From: Lobosporangium transversale
Taxonomy: Eukaryota
Reading direction: 5' to 3'
DNA length: 64,000 nt
Assembly: GCF_002105155.1 (NCBI RefSeq)
Contig: NW_019028991.1
Coordinates: 186,001 to 250,000 of the forward strand
In this document: piece by piece, positions 51,363 through 63,653 of the stretch
Position numbering within the stretch: position 1 is the first letter of the stretch
Layout of the letters: each line of letters starts with the position of its first letter
Program-made: the position numbers and the translations under genes
The notes under the pieces: model-generated
Seen by the model: the letters and a program-made list of their open reading frames with translations, nothing else
Database searches by the model: none
What the model was told of the DNA's origin: nothing

Positions 51363-54300
51363 GGAATTCCCTTAGACGTTAGAGGAAAGGAAATACAAAC
51401 TTATTTCCGATATACCTCACATGATAATAAAAAAAGGCGTGCCGATATCCTTAGTCTTATAAGTAAAGTCACTCATTTCAGGGCCAAATGGGCTCGCTCT
51501 ACTTGGGGCCGGTAGCGAGCACCGAAGCGCAACTTTTCAAAGTGGGCTTTAGACTTTCTGCGGAAAGTCGATATCTTTGGTAATGCGATGAGATTTAGGA
51601 CATGATACGTGACCAACTATTTCAAAATTAGTTTTGCAAAACTTGGTAAAAACGATGAAGCGCAACACGGATATACTTAAAACCCTCAGAACCCTCAGGT
51701 TATATGCACTTTTCAATTTCGAATCCAATGGTGGTAGAATCGCTATTGGTTTCATAGCCAGAAAAAAAGTTTTCCTTAAGGAAAGCAGCTAGGTCGAGGT
51801 AAATAGCGGTTTTTCGATATTCTATGCTCATTTACTCAAGAACCACTGCATGAAATACTGAAAACCAGGGTTCATACCGTAGCCTAGCTGAGTAATACCC
51901 TGCTTTGGCTAGGCTCTGCCTCTTAAGATTCCGGCGCAACAACCTAGTGAGTATGTCAAAAATGGTATATTTTCGCTTTTTTTTGTACTTGAAATACTTT
52001 ATACGGGTGTTACTCCATGGATCCTGAACGGATTGACTTAGGAGTTGTTTTAAACCAAAAATAATAAGTTCCTCTTTCGGCCGTTTCGAGAGCGCCTGAT
52101 TTCCAGCACTCCAGCAGGAACTATTCACGCTTAAAGTCTGTATAGTCCTTAATATTACTCAACTTTGTTGCAACTTTTAGTGCTATCTCGATAAATACTA
52201 AACGGATCCTTTTTATTCTTTTTTTATTTGGTGCATAATCATGCCCTCTATCATACATTGCATGGGCATGGCGCCGTCTTCTCGAGAAGGGTAGATATAA
52301 TCACTCTAATAACGTCAGTGATGATTGCGTGTGAAATTTAGATGCGTTATTTCATAGGAGAAAGCTTAACTTGGCTTGATTTCTTTTTGTGTTTATTAAA
52401 ATCTAGTTATCGCTTCTTAGTTCCAGAAGTATTCGGGATTATTGACATACTATCTAGCGTATTTACTACAAGTCTCAACTTCCCTACATTATCTTCTGAC
52501 CTATCGATAATACCGAAGCTTTGAAGAACTCAAGCAACTCATCAGTTTCTTCGCTTTGCTGATTCTCCTAGTTGAATCTCAGTTTGGTTAAACTCACCCT
52601 CCTCCTCAATTTGATATTCACCGTGCTCAACAGCCATGTGTTTGTCCATGACCAAAGGCACAGCCTTTCTGGGAAGACTCAGTGGACGATTTTCGTCTCT
52701 GCTTAACTTTGAATAACACAAGCATATGCATGCAAGGACGGTGCCGATTAATAAAATATTGGCAATTATATCCTGTAATGGTATTGTTTTCATCGACGTT
52801 AACGTTATATATACTACACCCAGTTGTTGGCGAGATAACGCAATAATACCCTTCAACGTAGATGACCAGACCTTGGAGCGCCTCAATTGTTTTGTTGTTT
52901 AGACATCTTTCTTGCAAGATATCTGTCTTCTCGCCTTTGGAATGCCGGCCATAACGAACCACACTACGCATTGCCAGCGCCTGATAGAAGTCATCTACAT
53001 CATGGCTTAAAAGGTAGATCAGCCTGTCACCTCGGCAGTTAGTATGGCCTCGTAGAAAATGAGACTTGAGATGATTGTGCCAAGGTTTTACATAATTATT
53101 GGTGTCCATGCCGGCATAGAATTTGCCAACACGGTATGACTTCATCCATCGTTGCCTACGTCCTCCAATGAAGTACCGTTCTTTGAGGTATTTCCAAAGC
53201 TTTCCCTCATTGTGCTCCGATCATTTCTTTTCGAATTCAACTATCGTCTCACCGGCACTTCCAGAGGATGGATCACAAAGAATCGAACGGAGTTCATTCA
53301 TTGCGGATTGCCGAAGATCCTTGTTTTGGTTCCTATCGGCACCTCAAATTAAGGTCGAGAGCTTGCGGGCCCAGGCTTTCATCACATGCCATAGACACAA
53401 ATGGACAGTTACATCCCGTCCAAATGCTTTACAGATGACCTTGTATTCCACTTGAGCGTCATCAATAGTAATGAACTCTGGGGCACCAACCATATCCTTA
53501 ATATGAGCCAACTTGCCAGAGAGTGGTGATTATGGTCAATGGAGATCAAGAAAGCGACAGGGACGGCACTCGTTCGCAGTGGATCCTGGATTATTATTGT
53601 AAAAAGCTCAAATTTGGAGCGGTTCGTTCCATGTGTTGAGTCCAACCCAATACATTTAAAATTTGAGCTGTATACAGATCGCTGAAAAGGAGACATGAAT
53701 CCATGGGCTAATTTGGGAAAGACCTTCCCATCCTACCCTTTCTGGAGGAAACTCTTTATGAAGACGGTAAACTGCTTCTCTTGCTGCAGCTTTGACATCC
53801 AGAGCCTCATTGAGTCCATGTTGTTGTCTGATAGTTTTGTCAGTTTAGATATGTATTTATACTGAATATTATAGACGTCCTCATATGTAAGGACATGGTC
53901 GCGCTGTAAACACCCTTGCTTGTGGAGAGAATATGCCTGGAGCCCAGTCAAATTAATCTTAGCAATTATTCCTCTAGTACATAAGTCAAGACGAATCAAG
54001 TTTCGAACCCGTGCTTTTGTTGATTCCGTCATGGTAAGGTATTGAAAAGCATCAACATCGCCGAGGGTATGTCCTGTGTGTCTAAAATAATATGTGATCC
54101 GGAGCTGCTTTCTCCCACTCTTGGTTGCATATTCGGGATCCTCACTGTCGTCTTTCATGTTGTGGACAATGAGTTTGGCTGTACAACCGACTTTCTGGCT
54201 AGGCTTCAAAACGCGTCTCTTTTTCTTTTCCCTTGATCCCTGCCCAGGGCCTTGAGAGATAACTTGAGGAGAACCTTGAGAAACCTTTTGGGGGCCATTT

Positions 54301-55258
54301 TGCGTTCGTGTCTCATGCCAAGGTGGCATTCATAGGTTTCAACATAAAAAAATCTGCTTCTGCCACCTGACATATTATCATAATGCTTGCGCATTAGCCA
54401 AACAAAGAAATGATCGCGGCCGTCTCGTTCGAGCCAAGAGCTGAAGTCCTCCTTGTCCACGTAAAAAACATGTGGGAGATAGTCGTACTGATTTGTACGA
54501 GTTTCATTTACAATTCCCTTGATCGTGGTATCATCAACAGTTGACTCGATCCATTGATAATCTTGCAACTGGGAAGACAAAAGTTCGGTTGTTATTTCAT
54601 TGACATTCGCATCGGTCCCCTCGCTTGGCTTTGGACTTTATGAACTACCCGTTCCCACAGCACCATGATCTAATAAAGAATGAATGCTACTAGTTTTAAC
54701 AAGAGCGAGAGGTGGCTCATGCTCCGCTTCTGGCTCGGAATCCAACGTATCACTCGAATAGTCATTGAAGTCAAAATCCGACTCCTCACCATAGTCGCGG
54801 TCAGAAGCGAACTCTTCTATGTCATCCGCATGGTCTATTCCGTTTAATTCATCATCCAATAAACCATACGTAGTAGGTTCTGAGCTCTACGAAGAATGTA
54901 ATGATGAGGGGAACCGAGAGACGATGAATAAAACGCGTAAACATTTATATCGAAAGAAAAAATAAAATAAAATATAGCCTTCGTACCATAGTGTTGTTTA
55001 TGGGGGGAAATTTTGTTGATGAGCTTGAAATGATCTAAGTGAATGTTGAAATAAAATGCATTTGTTAAACTACATTCAACATTCAACGTATGGCAACGAC
55101 AGTTTGCAGGACGCATTTAGTCAACGTACCTCGCGGAGAAGGCGTAAAAGAATATCAATTTTGTCAAACGGATGAAGAACAAAAAAAGTAAAAAGAACAA
55201 AGCGTATTAGAGTCGCCTATTTAATTCCCCTTAATCTTCTAACATCTAAGGGAACTCC
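51363..55258 (-). mobile_element. Decayed Mutator-like (MULE) DNA transposon, ~3.9 kb, with imperfect ~24 bp TIRs
   Basis: Left end GGAATTCCCTTAGACGTTAGAGGA (51363-51386) matches the reverse complement of the right end, GGAGTTCCCTTAGATGTTAGAAGA (55235-55258). They enclose MULE transposase fragments. No TSD seen. Confidence 0.7.
52542..54859 (-). pseudogene. MULE transposase with SWIM-type zinc finger, fragmented by frameshifts and stops
   Basis: Consecutive fragments in different frames: KVGCTAKL...YYFRHTGH (FAR1/WRKY-like), CIGLDSTHGTNRSKFELFTIIIQDP...AVPVAFLIS (catalytic region), DTNNYVKPWHNHLKSHFL, YNCQYFINRHRPCMHM (degenerate SWIM). Confidence 0.88.
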
Positions 55259-55429
55259 GATACTACACGATTGAATATTTTATCTCGCACATATTTGACC
55301 CACAATATCATAGAATAGTGGACAGAGCACCTCGATTATTCACATAGATATGGTTTTTTTAAGGAGGGTACTTTATTCGTGAAAGTAAGGCTGCTCGTGT
55401 TCCAATATGAGAAAACATATAAGGCTTGC

Positions 55430-56565
55430 TTAAACCTCCATGATCTCGCGGAGACGGCGAGTGGTAGAGCGGACGGTAGCAGCAGCAGTGGTGGACAAGG
55501 TCCAGGCACCGCCAGCCATGGTCTTCTTGCAGCCGCGGCACTTCCAGATACCAACGGCCTGGCGCTTGACGGCATCCTATATGATAAAATCCAAGAAAAA
55601 AGAGAGGTGACATTAGATATGATAGTCGGTTTGATATTCCTAAAACTATCATGCTTATCACCCACGCATGAATATTAAGGACGCTCTTTCTTTTATCATC
55701 CTTTACAAAACAAAAGGGAAGTGTATTCCTGAAATCTTTCTCCCTTATCCTCATCTCTTTGTCCACGTTAAAAAAAAAAAAAAAAAAAAAAATCAATGTC
55801 CGGTGCGTCATTTTGATTATACTTACACGGCCACAGAAAGTGCAAGTGTACTTGCTGTGTTGGGTGATTTCCATCTTCTTGACCTGCTTACGGAGCGAGG
55901 CACCATAACGGACACCGTATTTACCAACAACTCCAACCTTCTTAGTGCGCTTAGCCTGTTGATGGAAAAGACACGAGGGCGAATTGTTAAAATACAGATG
56001 CAAACTTATGATATGAAGTCGAGTTTTGAAATCCTGATTTCCAACATAAAAACATGAATCGATGTTGTTGTTGTTTAAGGCAGATGTCTTTGATTGCAAG
56101 CTTTCATTATTTTGTTGAAAGATCATTCCTCCTGTTCTTTGATTGTGTTACTTGGATTATTTTTTTGACAATTGCTGTACTATTGTTCTTTCAACCTTGT
56201 AATGATGACCTTTTTTTCTTCTTTTTTCTTTACGTTGATTCCGATACTCCTGAAGATTCATTTTTATGCTCCAAGTTCCTTTGAAAGCGAGTTCCTTTTG
56301 AATAGTTTAAATGTTGAACTATTCGCATGTATCAACATGACTCAAAGGCGATACAGTCTTTGATAAATCTTTTTCTTTTTTTTTTTGTAGTAGTAGTAGT
56401 TCCTGATTACTGCTTTCTCTCTTCTCCCAGCCTTCTTCAACTTGCAAATATATCGTAGCTTTGATATTTGCATGGATGGATAGATTGCTGGCGTTGGATG
56501 CATTCGACATATTCCTAGTGAATGATCTCTTTTGATGTATCATGTCTTCACGTGACACTTGCCAT
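55430..56565 (-). CDS. RPL43: 60S ribosomal protein eL43 (L37a), 92 aa; exons 56565-56563 (ATG only, inferred), 55955-55827, 55576-55430
   Basis: [43 protein letters not shown] joined to [48 protein letters not shown]. The first exon is inferred from ATG|GCAAGT after a pyrimidine-rich leader. Confidence 0.93.
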
Positions 56566-56720
56566 CTTGAATTTGGAGTGAAAATGAAAGGAGGGACTTA
56601 TTTCCACAACACTTTGTACAATCTAATAGGATCTCAAATTTTTTAATCGCTTAAGGGTAAACTACAGGATATTGACACTATCTGGCCAATGCATTTCGAA
56701 GTTGTTCTCTTTTTCAAATA

Positions 56721-57395
56721 TCAAACAGTGATAGTTATAGCTTTCCGCTTTGTAAACGCTGCTCGTCGATCGTCGTGTCTAGGATCAGCACCAAACTCAC
56801 CAATCTTCACACTCCCGGAGCCATAGTTTGCAATCAGTGGTGCAATACCCGACAATTTGCCTGTCTTTGGTCCACCATGGATCTCAATATCTGCACAGTT
56901 GGAATATAACTCTCTCACCCCAAGCGCATTATTCCATAGCCACATGAGTGTAGCCTTCCCAGAAGGCGCGCTCTTAGGGATTGGGATCGAAATGGAATAA
57001 TGCTGACCCGTTCTAAGGCCTTTAAGGCAGTTTCGGTATATGGTCTTGATCACCACCCAATTTTCGCCATTGTCATAGGATAGTGCCCACTGACAATGTC
57101 CACCGCCATGGGCTGCACCAATTAAGTAAGTTGTTTCCAGAGGATGGCCCGCCTTGACAATGGTTCGCGTGGTAGAAGGAGTGGACTGTCTACATAACGG
57201 TGCATCCCTGCTGCTTGAAGTCCCAATAGGAGCACTGAGATCATAGTCTATCCGCTGGCCTTTCGAAGGAGCCGGGCATCCAGCCTGCGGGCTTCCACGG
57301 GCGCAGGGGCGTAGTAAGCCTACGTGTGCTTGCGATACAATCGTCAGGATTCCTGAGTAGGAAATGATATACCACATAAGCACAGACAGTAACAT
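56721..57395 (-). CDS. Secreted AA11-like LPMO, copy I (224 aa, most divergent)
   Basis: Hydrophobic N-terminus ending SQA then HVGLLRPCARG; HGGGHCQWALSYD; WLWNNALGVRELYSNCAD. Confidence 0.78.
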   Translation of the reverse strand: MLLSVLMWYIISYSGILTIVSQAHVGLLRPCARGSPQAGCPAPSKGQRIDYDLSAPIGTSSSRDAPLCRQSTPSTTRTIVKAGHPLETTYLIGAAHGGGHCQWALSYDNGENWVVIKTIYRNCLKGLRTGQHYSISIPIPKSAPSGKATLMWLWNNALGVRELYSNCADIEIHGGPKTGKLSGIAPLIANYGSGSVKIGEFGADPRHDDRRAAFTKRKAITITV

Positions 57396-58169
57396 GGCTA
57401 TGTAAGAAGTATATATCTTAAGTGTTTGAAATGTGATTCGGAGAGAGAGAAGATACCTGTCGTGATGTGAAATGATGATAGAAAGACGTGAATAATCGAC
57501 CTGGATAAGCAGTGGCGCTTACTTTTATAGGATCCTCAGATTACAAAGTTCCTTGTTTTTTGATCATGCACCATTTTTTTTTTTTTTTTATAACGCCTAA
57601 AAAGGATTAAAGGATATTGACATGTCTCCTTATCCGTTTTGAAAACCATAGATGATAGGAACTGCTGCAAGAACGAAGGATAGCAGGATGGTTGATCGGG
57701 TTTTGGAATGTTCATTAAAAAGTGTACGGGCGGTGTTACCACATTAATAAAAAGTCAAGGACTCTCCTGGAAAAAGTGCTCAGCGCCCATTTATCCTTTC
57801 TTTTTGAGGGGTCAATCTATATCTGAGTATATAATCACAACCGCAAAAAATAAATAAATAAAGGGTGACCTGAACTCCAAAACAAAGGCCTGGCGGAACT
57901 GGGTCCCTAATTGGAAAAAAATGTTATCAATGTTCAATGCGAGACATGGCACAAATGGTCTTTAGGCATACTTTTCGTTCCATATGCACCCTCTAAACAT
58001 ACGCTCTTTAAATAAAGCTTTCTAAAGTATCCAGCAAAGACATTGTCAATACAATTCTCTCCAATCTTTTATTAATCCTCTTGTTATTTGAATTCAGACC
58101 CTTTGTTGTAACGCAATATATACATGCATGTTATAATCAATTATGTAGTGTTAAAAAAAGAGAGTATTA

Positions 58170-59368
58170 TTAGGCTAGCTGAAGATTGTCAAGCCCTTTC
58201 TTAGATTTTTCCGCCTCAGCAGCCTCCTGTTTAGCGATAATTGCCTTGGCAGTGGACTCGAAAGCCTTCGCTTGAGTTCCCGAGCTGGGGTCATAATAAG
58301 GGACCTCACCTGAGACAGTGACTCTCAAACCAAGGCGGTTATAAGGCCTAAAGTCTGGCACACCTGTATGGAAAGTAGAGCGGTTGTCCCAGATAGCCAC
58401 GCTATGCTTCTCCCATCTGAAGCGAACCTGATACTCTAGGCGCTTAGATGTCAAATCATTCAGATAATCCAAAATCCATTTAGACTCCAAAGATGTGACA
58501 CCATCGATTTCGCGAGTGAAGACTGAGTTGGTGAAGATAGACTTCCAACCTGTGACAGGGTTGGTACGGACAACAGGGTGTGATGAGTCGTTCAACTTGC
58601 CAAATGTTTTGCGCCCTGTGCGAGCTTGAATTATGCGGAAGATGTCTGAAGAGTGTGTGGCAGTAAGACCTTCGAGTAAAGTCTTGATTGGCTGCGAGAG
58701 ATCATCATAGAGCTGATACCCGTTGGCCCAGACAGTATCTCCACCAGACTCTGGAATTTCATCAAACTTGAGGATCGAGAACGAGGATGGAGCTGGCTCA
58801 AACGACACATCCGAGTGCCATGAATTGTTGGTATTGTAGCGATTTGGAGGATTAAGGCGAGAGTCCAAAACGATAACTTCTGGATTCTCTTGCTCATGAG
58901 GGATAAGGGGATGAATATGTAAGGGGCTATTTCATGGAGGGTGAATAGAAGTATTTGAAGCATTTTGTTAGACTAATTCTCTGTAAATATAAATCATTCC
59001 TTTTACCATAAAGCGACAGACGACAATAGATTATTCGATGCTTACCCCCAGCGACGTCCAAGCTTGACATGCTCATTACCGTCCAAGTCATCCTGATCTC
59101 GAAAGAAAACAACACCACGCTCGGCAACGAAGGCAGCTAGCTCCTCGGCCTGCTGCTCAGTCAACTGAGTCAGTCGGATACCATGCAACTCGGTTCCGAT
59201 CTTGAGGGTGTAGTCGATACGCTTGGTGACACTGGCGAAGAGGGCTTTCTTTTCGGGATCCACGCCCAGCCCAGCGACGCGGGTGGCATGGGTGTTGCGG
59301 TCGGCAATAAGAGAATCCTTCTCAGTGGCAAAGAGAATAACTGCATCTGATTCAACTGAGGGAGCCAT
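58170..59368 (-). CDS. TauD/TfdA-family Fe(II)/2-oxoglutarate dioxygenase (Jlp1-like sulfonate dioxygenase), ~359 aa; exons 59368-59046, 58926-58170
   Basis: IGTELHGIRL, ERGVVFFRDQ, WHSDVSFE (HxD), GGDTVWA, HPVVRTNPVTGWKSIF, WDNRSTFH. The GT-AG intron keeps the frame. Confidence 0.92.
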
Positions 59369-61333
59369 TATTATAGATATTAAGTTCTTTTGATGGTTGC
59401 CGTTGGCTAGATTTTTCTCTTGTCTATTGTGGATTTGGGGCACTTTTTCGTAGCTGTCGAACTGGGATGAGGGAAAAATGGGTTTGGTGATGAATGTATG
59501 TGCTTTTATAGACAAAACGACAATGGGGGCTACCTTGGAGAAGGCGGATTGCAGTTCGCGACTAATATTTTATCCGGGAATGGGTGAATTTTGTGTGGAT
59601 TGAACTGAAATACCCGAGCTTTGCGCAAATAAGCGAAGGGACATACATTGAATATCTTTACAATATAATTATCATGGTGGGGCGAATAGTAATAAAGTGA
59701 ATAATTTGGACATATGGGTGTCTCGTTTTTGTTGACGATAAATGGTTAATAACTAGCGCTTTCGCTTTCTGATCACTACGGACTCCACTTTTGTTTGCAT
59801 TAAGGCGAACAACGTTCTTGCCACAAAATGTTTAAACTTAACATTCAAATACGCGATATACGAGAGATCTGTCGAGGAAGAAAATGAGAAAATATCCATA
59901 ATGGCGACATGGGCGAAGCGTGTTGCATCAGTCATAAGGTTTAGATAAAATAACATAGAGTTATAAGAGCATTTCCATAGTAGTGAGAATGGAGACTCAG
60001 AAATATGGCTCCACTTTTCCCCACTATCGCGCTCTTTCGCCCTTCACGCTTTTTTAATGATTGCTTCCATGAGGCTAGCTTGGTTTCATTAATCGATTTC
60101 ATTCGAGATGGATGGCGACAGCAGAGCAATAAGTACAATCAGAGGCCTTTGTTTTGCTTCTAGCTTTATTTCTTTTTCTTTTTCTTTTTTTTTTTTTTTA
60201 TTTTTTATTTTTTTTAGCAAATGGTTTCATTGAGAGAACTGGCGCGAACTGAGGCGCTTTTGAAGCCTTTATTTCGATCAATGTTCTTTGTAATATTCAT
60301 AATAGTTTGATTTGATATTAGCTTTGTTGAGTGCGTTTCTTCTTCCACCCTCTCACTTTCGAACCCCTTAAGCCTTTTAGCTATTACTATCAAGTTTTTG
60401 CATGGCATCAAATCTATGTTTCATCTACTTCACGAATTTATTAATGGTATAGTCGCATGTAGCTTTATTGACTATATACCTAAAATAGTTATGTAGTGTG
60501 TTAAATAAACTTATAAATGGTGGTATAGGATCAATCTATGAGTAGCAATGCTTGTGACCCATTTTACTACGAAAAGAGGTCATCCAAATTGAATAAGACG
60601 CGTTCTATTGAAGGAATTACAACATTTTGATGTAGCACAAAAAAAAACGGACGCTTGTCATGGTTTTCCATCCATACAAGCAACGTGGATAAATATTGTG
60701 GAATAGAAAAAGATAAAGGCACAACTCTTTTTTTTTTTTTTTTTTTTGATAGCATGTTAATTGAAAAGTTTTGTCAGACAGAAAGATGAATCAAAGAGTA
60801 AATGAAAATAAGATAAGGGCCCACATACCACACCCAAGAAGTATTTATTCAGGGCTTTGCTGAAAACATATCAAAAACATTTATACACGTCTCTTTTCAA
60901 CATGAATGGAGTGCATTCATGTTGAACATTTGACACGCAAATATACATTTTGATTTCAGAAACGTGAATATTGTACAATATGCAATAACAATAAAGTAAC
61001 CTAGTCATAGCCATTTTTGTTTTTAAGCTTCAGTCTTTTTTACTTCGTGAATTTCGTTTTTTGAAACCTAAACATCACATCATTCCGCGCTGACCATACG
61101 CCATAGTCAAGCCAGCCTGTGTTTCTGCATTTATTCCTTCTGATCTACTATATAAATGCGGTACACAGCAGAAGTATCGAAATTTGAGGAAAGTATTGAT
61201 CGCAACGTTGCTCATTAGTAGAAGGAGGAAAAATAAGCCTCTGCCTCTTGACGAGCCACGAATAACGCGTTGGGCGCAACCGTATAGACCGTAGGCGTAA
61301 GTGGCTAACAGCAGTCTGTAGAGAGTTGCGTCT

Positions 61334-61366
<33 letters not shown>

Positions 61367-61761
61367 TTGAAATCAGAAACAAGAAAAAGAAGGGGAAAAC
61401 CTAAATGATGATTTAAAGAATATTTCACGTAAGAAAGTCGTACTCAATTCAATTTGGATTTAATTCGGTTACATGCAGAGAAATGGATGTCTAATTGAAC
61501 TTGTGCAGGGACAGAAAGTATTTTATTTAATTTAAAACCTCAAAAAAATGCATTTGTTTACGACTTTCTGGCGGGGACTTTAAAAACGCCATTGCTTTAC
61601 AATAACTGCCAGTTAAAAAAAAAAAAAAAAAAAAAAATGCGTATAAAAACCTTTTACTCTTCTTGACTCTGGCAAACATCAATGTGTAGCTTTCTTCTGT
61701 CTGTGTCACTTCTCTTCTCACTCTTCCTCTCTTCCTCTCTTTCTTGAGTTTTTTCTTTACT

Positions 61762-61795
<34 letters not shown>

Positions 61796-61877
61796 CCTAC
61801 TATCAGATCGAGATAAACGCTATTTCATATCATAAAAGAACAGAATAATAGATATTGCATTACAAGCGCACTAGAAG

Positions 61878-63653
61878 ATGTTGTCCGAGAAGAAGCAAAC
61901 TCAAATAGAAGATACCAACTTTGCACACGATATTGAGCGCAAGAGCAGCCCAAGTGTCACCTCCACTCTGGATGGTGCTGCACAGGCTGACTCTGCGGAC
62001 AATAAATTGAGAGCTATAGGAGAGCAAGATCCCTACTATGTTCATGATCTCATTTGGACAGCTGAAGAGGAGAAGCAACTTGTCCGGATATTCGATCTGA
62101 AAATCCTTTCCTGGATCGGAGTCATGTGTATGTCTCCAACTCGACAAGGGCTTTTTTTTTTTGTTCATTTACTGAATACATAGTATCAACACTAACAAAA
62201 CTGCTCCTTTTTTTTCAGTCTTTTTCCTCCAGTTAGATCGTGGTAATATGTCCAACGCACTCACAGATAACTTGATGGTCGATATTGGTGTGGATCTCAA
62301 CACCATCACACTCGGTACCGCAATCTTCGTTCTCTTCTTTTGTTTTTTTGAAATCCCCTCCAATATGATCATTCGTCGTGTGGGTCCTCACCGTTGGATC
62401 CCTCTCCTAATGGTCCTCTGGGGCCTTGCCACAGCCACTCAGATGTTCATCAAAGATCGAGTCTCTTATTTCATCACTCGTGCCCTTGTCGGGACTTTCG
62501 AAGCGGGTTATATCCCTGGCATTGCCATCTATCTGACAACATATTATAAACGTGAAGAAATGGCTTTAAGGCTATCAATCTTTTGGAGCACGCTTGCGAT
62601 TGCCAGCTCATGCGCGGGCATCTTATCTTATTTTATCTTGCATATGCGTGGGATCGCCGGCTTAGAAGGGTGGAAATGGTTGTTTTTGATCGAAGGTGTT
62701 GCAACGGTCTTTGTTGGCATTTTATCTTTCTTCATCTTGCCTGAAGGTCCCACAGCTACTAGGGGTTACCTTCGCTTTGCTGGTTATCTCACAGAACGCC
62801 AAGAACTTATTGCAATCACTCGGTTGATTCGTGATGATCCATCCAAGGCGGATCCTTCAAAAAAGGTTGTCCCCAAAGCCGATATCTGGCGTGCAGTCCG
62901 TTCTCCCCGTATCTGGCCCCATATATTGATCGGATTCTTTGGTTTACTCCCTTCGGTCCCTCTTCAGGGCTTTGCACCCTTGATCTTGAAGATGCTTGGA
63001 TTCAGTGCTCTGAAAACCAACCTGATGGCCATCCCCGGTTACCTTCTCAGTTTGATCATCATGTCTGCAGTTTCTTATTCTTCGGACCGATTTAAGGAAC
63101 GCGCTTTCCATGGTGCATTCGCGACAGTGTATTATGCGTGCTGTGTCGCTGGGCTGGCTCTGCTGCCTTTGGGCACAAACAAGATCAACTTATATATCTG
63201 TCTAATTTTTAGCATGGGTGGAAGCACATGCTGGCATCCAGTTAACGTAAGTCACATTGATGCCAATTACTCAACCGATAACAGAAAAAAAAAGTGACCT
63301 TATTTTATTATCATTATTATTAGGCTGCCTGGATTGCTGGTAATACTGCACCGGTGGGTAAGCGCACGATTGCGCTAGCCATGTATATCATGTCTGTCAA
63401 TCTCACAGCTATTGTTGGTACGAGCGTCTTCCGTGCCGAGGACGCACCTCGCTTTATCAAAGGCATGTGGGTCCTTTTCGGCTCACTTATCATCACTATA
63501 TCACTCTTCATTTTTCAAAGATACTATCTTATTTATATTAACAAGAAGCGTGCCAGGACCACTAAGGATTGGACCACTGACGATTGGAAACATTATAACA
63601 AGACCACTAAAGATGTTGGTGACGAACGCCTGGACTTTGTCTATTATTATTAA
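61878..63653 (+). CDS. MFS transporter, anion:cation symporter (Dal5/Soa1-like) family, ~535 aa; exons 61878-62127, 62219-63246, 63324-63653
   Basis: WTAEEEKQLVRIFDLKI, FFLQLDRGNMSNA, FEIPSNMIIRRVGPHRWIP, GWKWLFLIEG, many hydrophobic helices, C-terminal DFVYYY. Confidence 0.92.
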
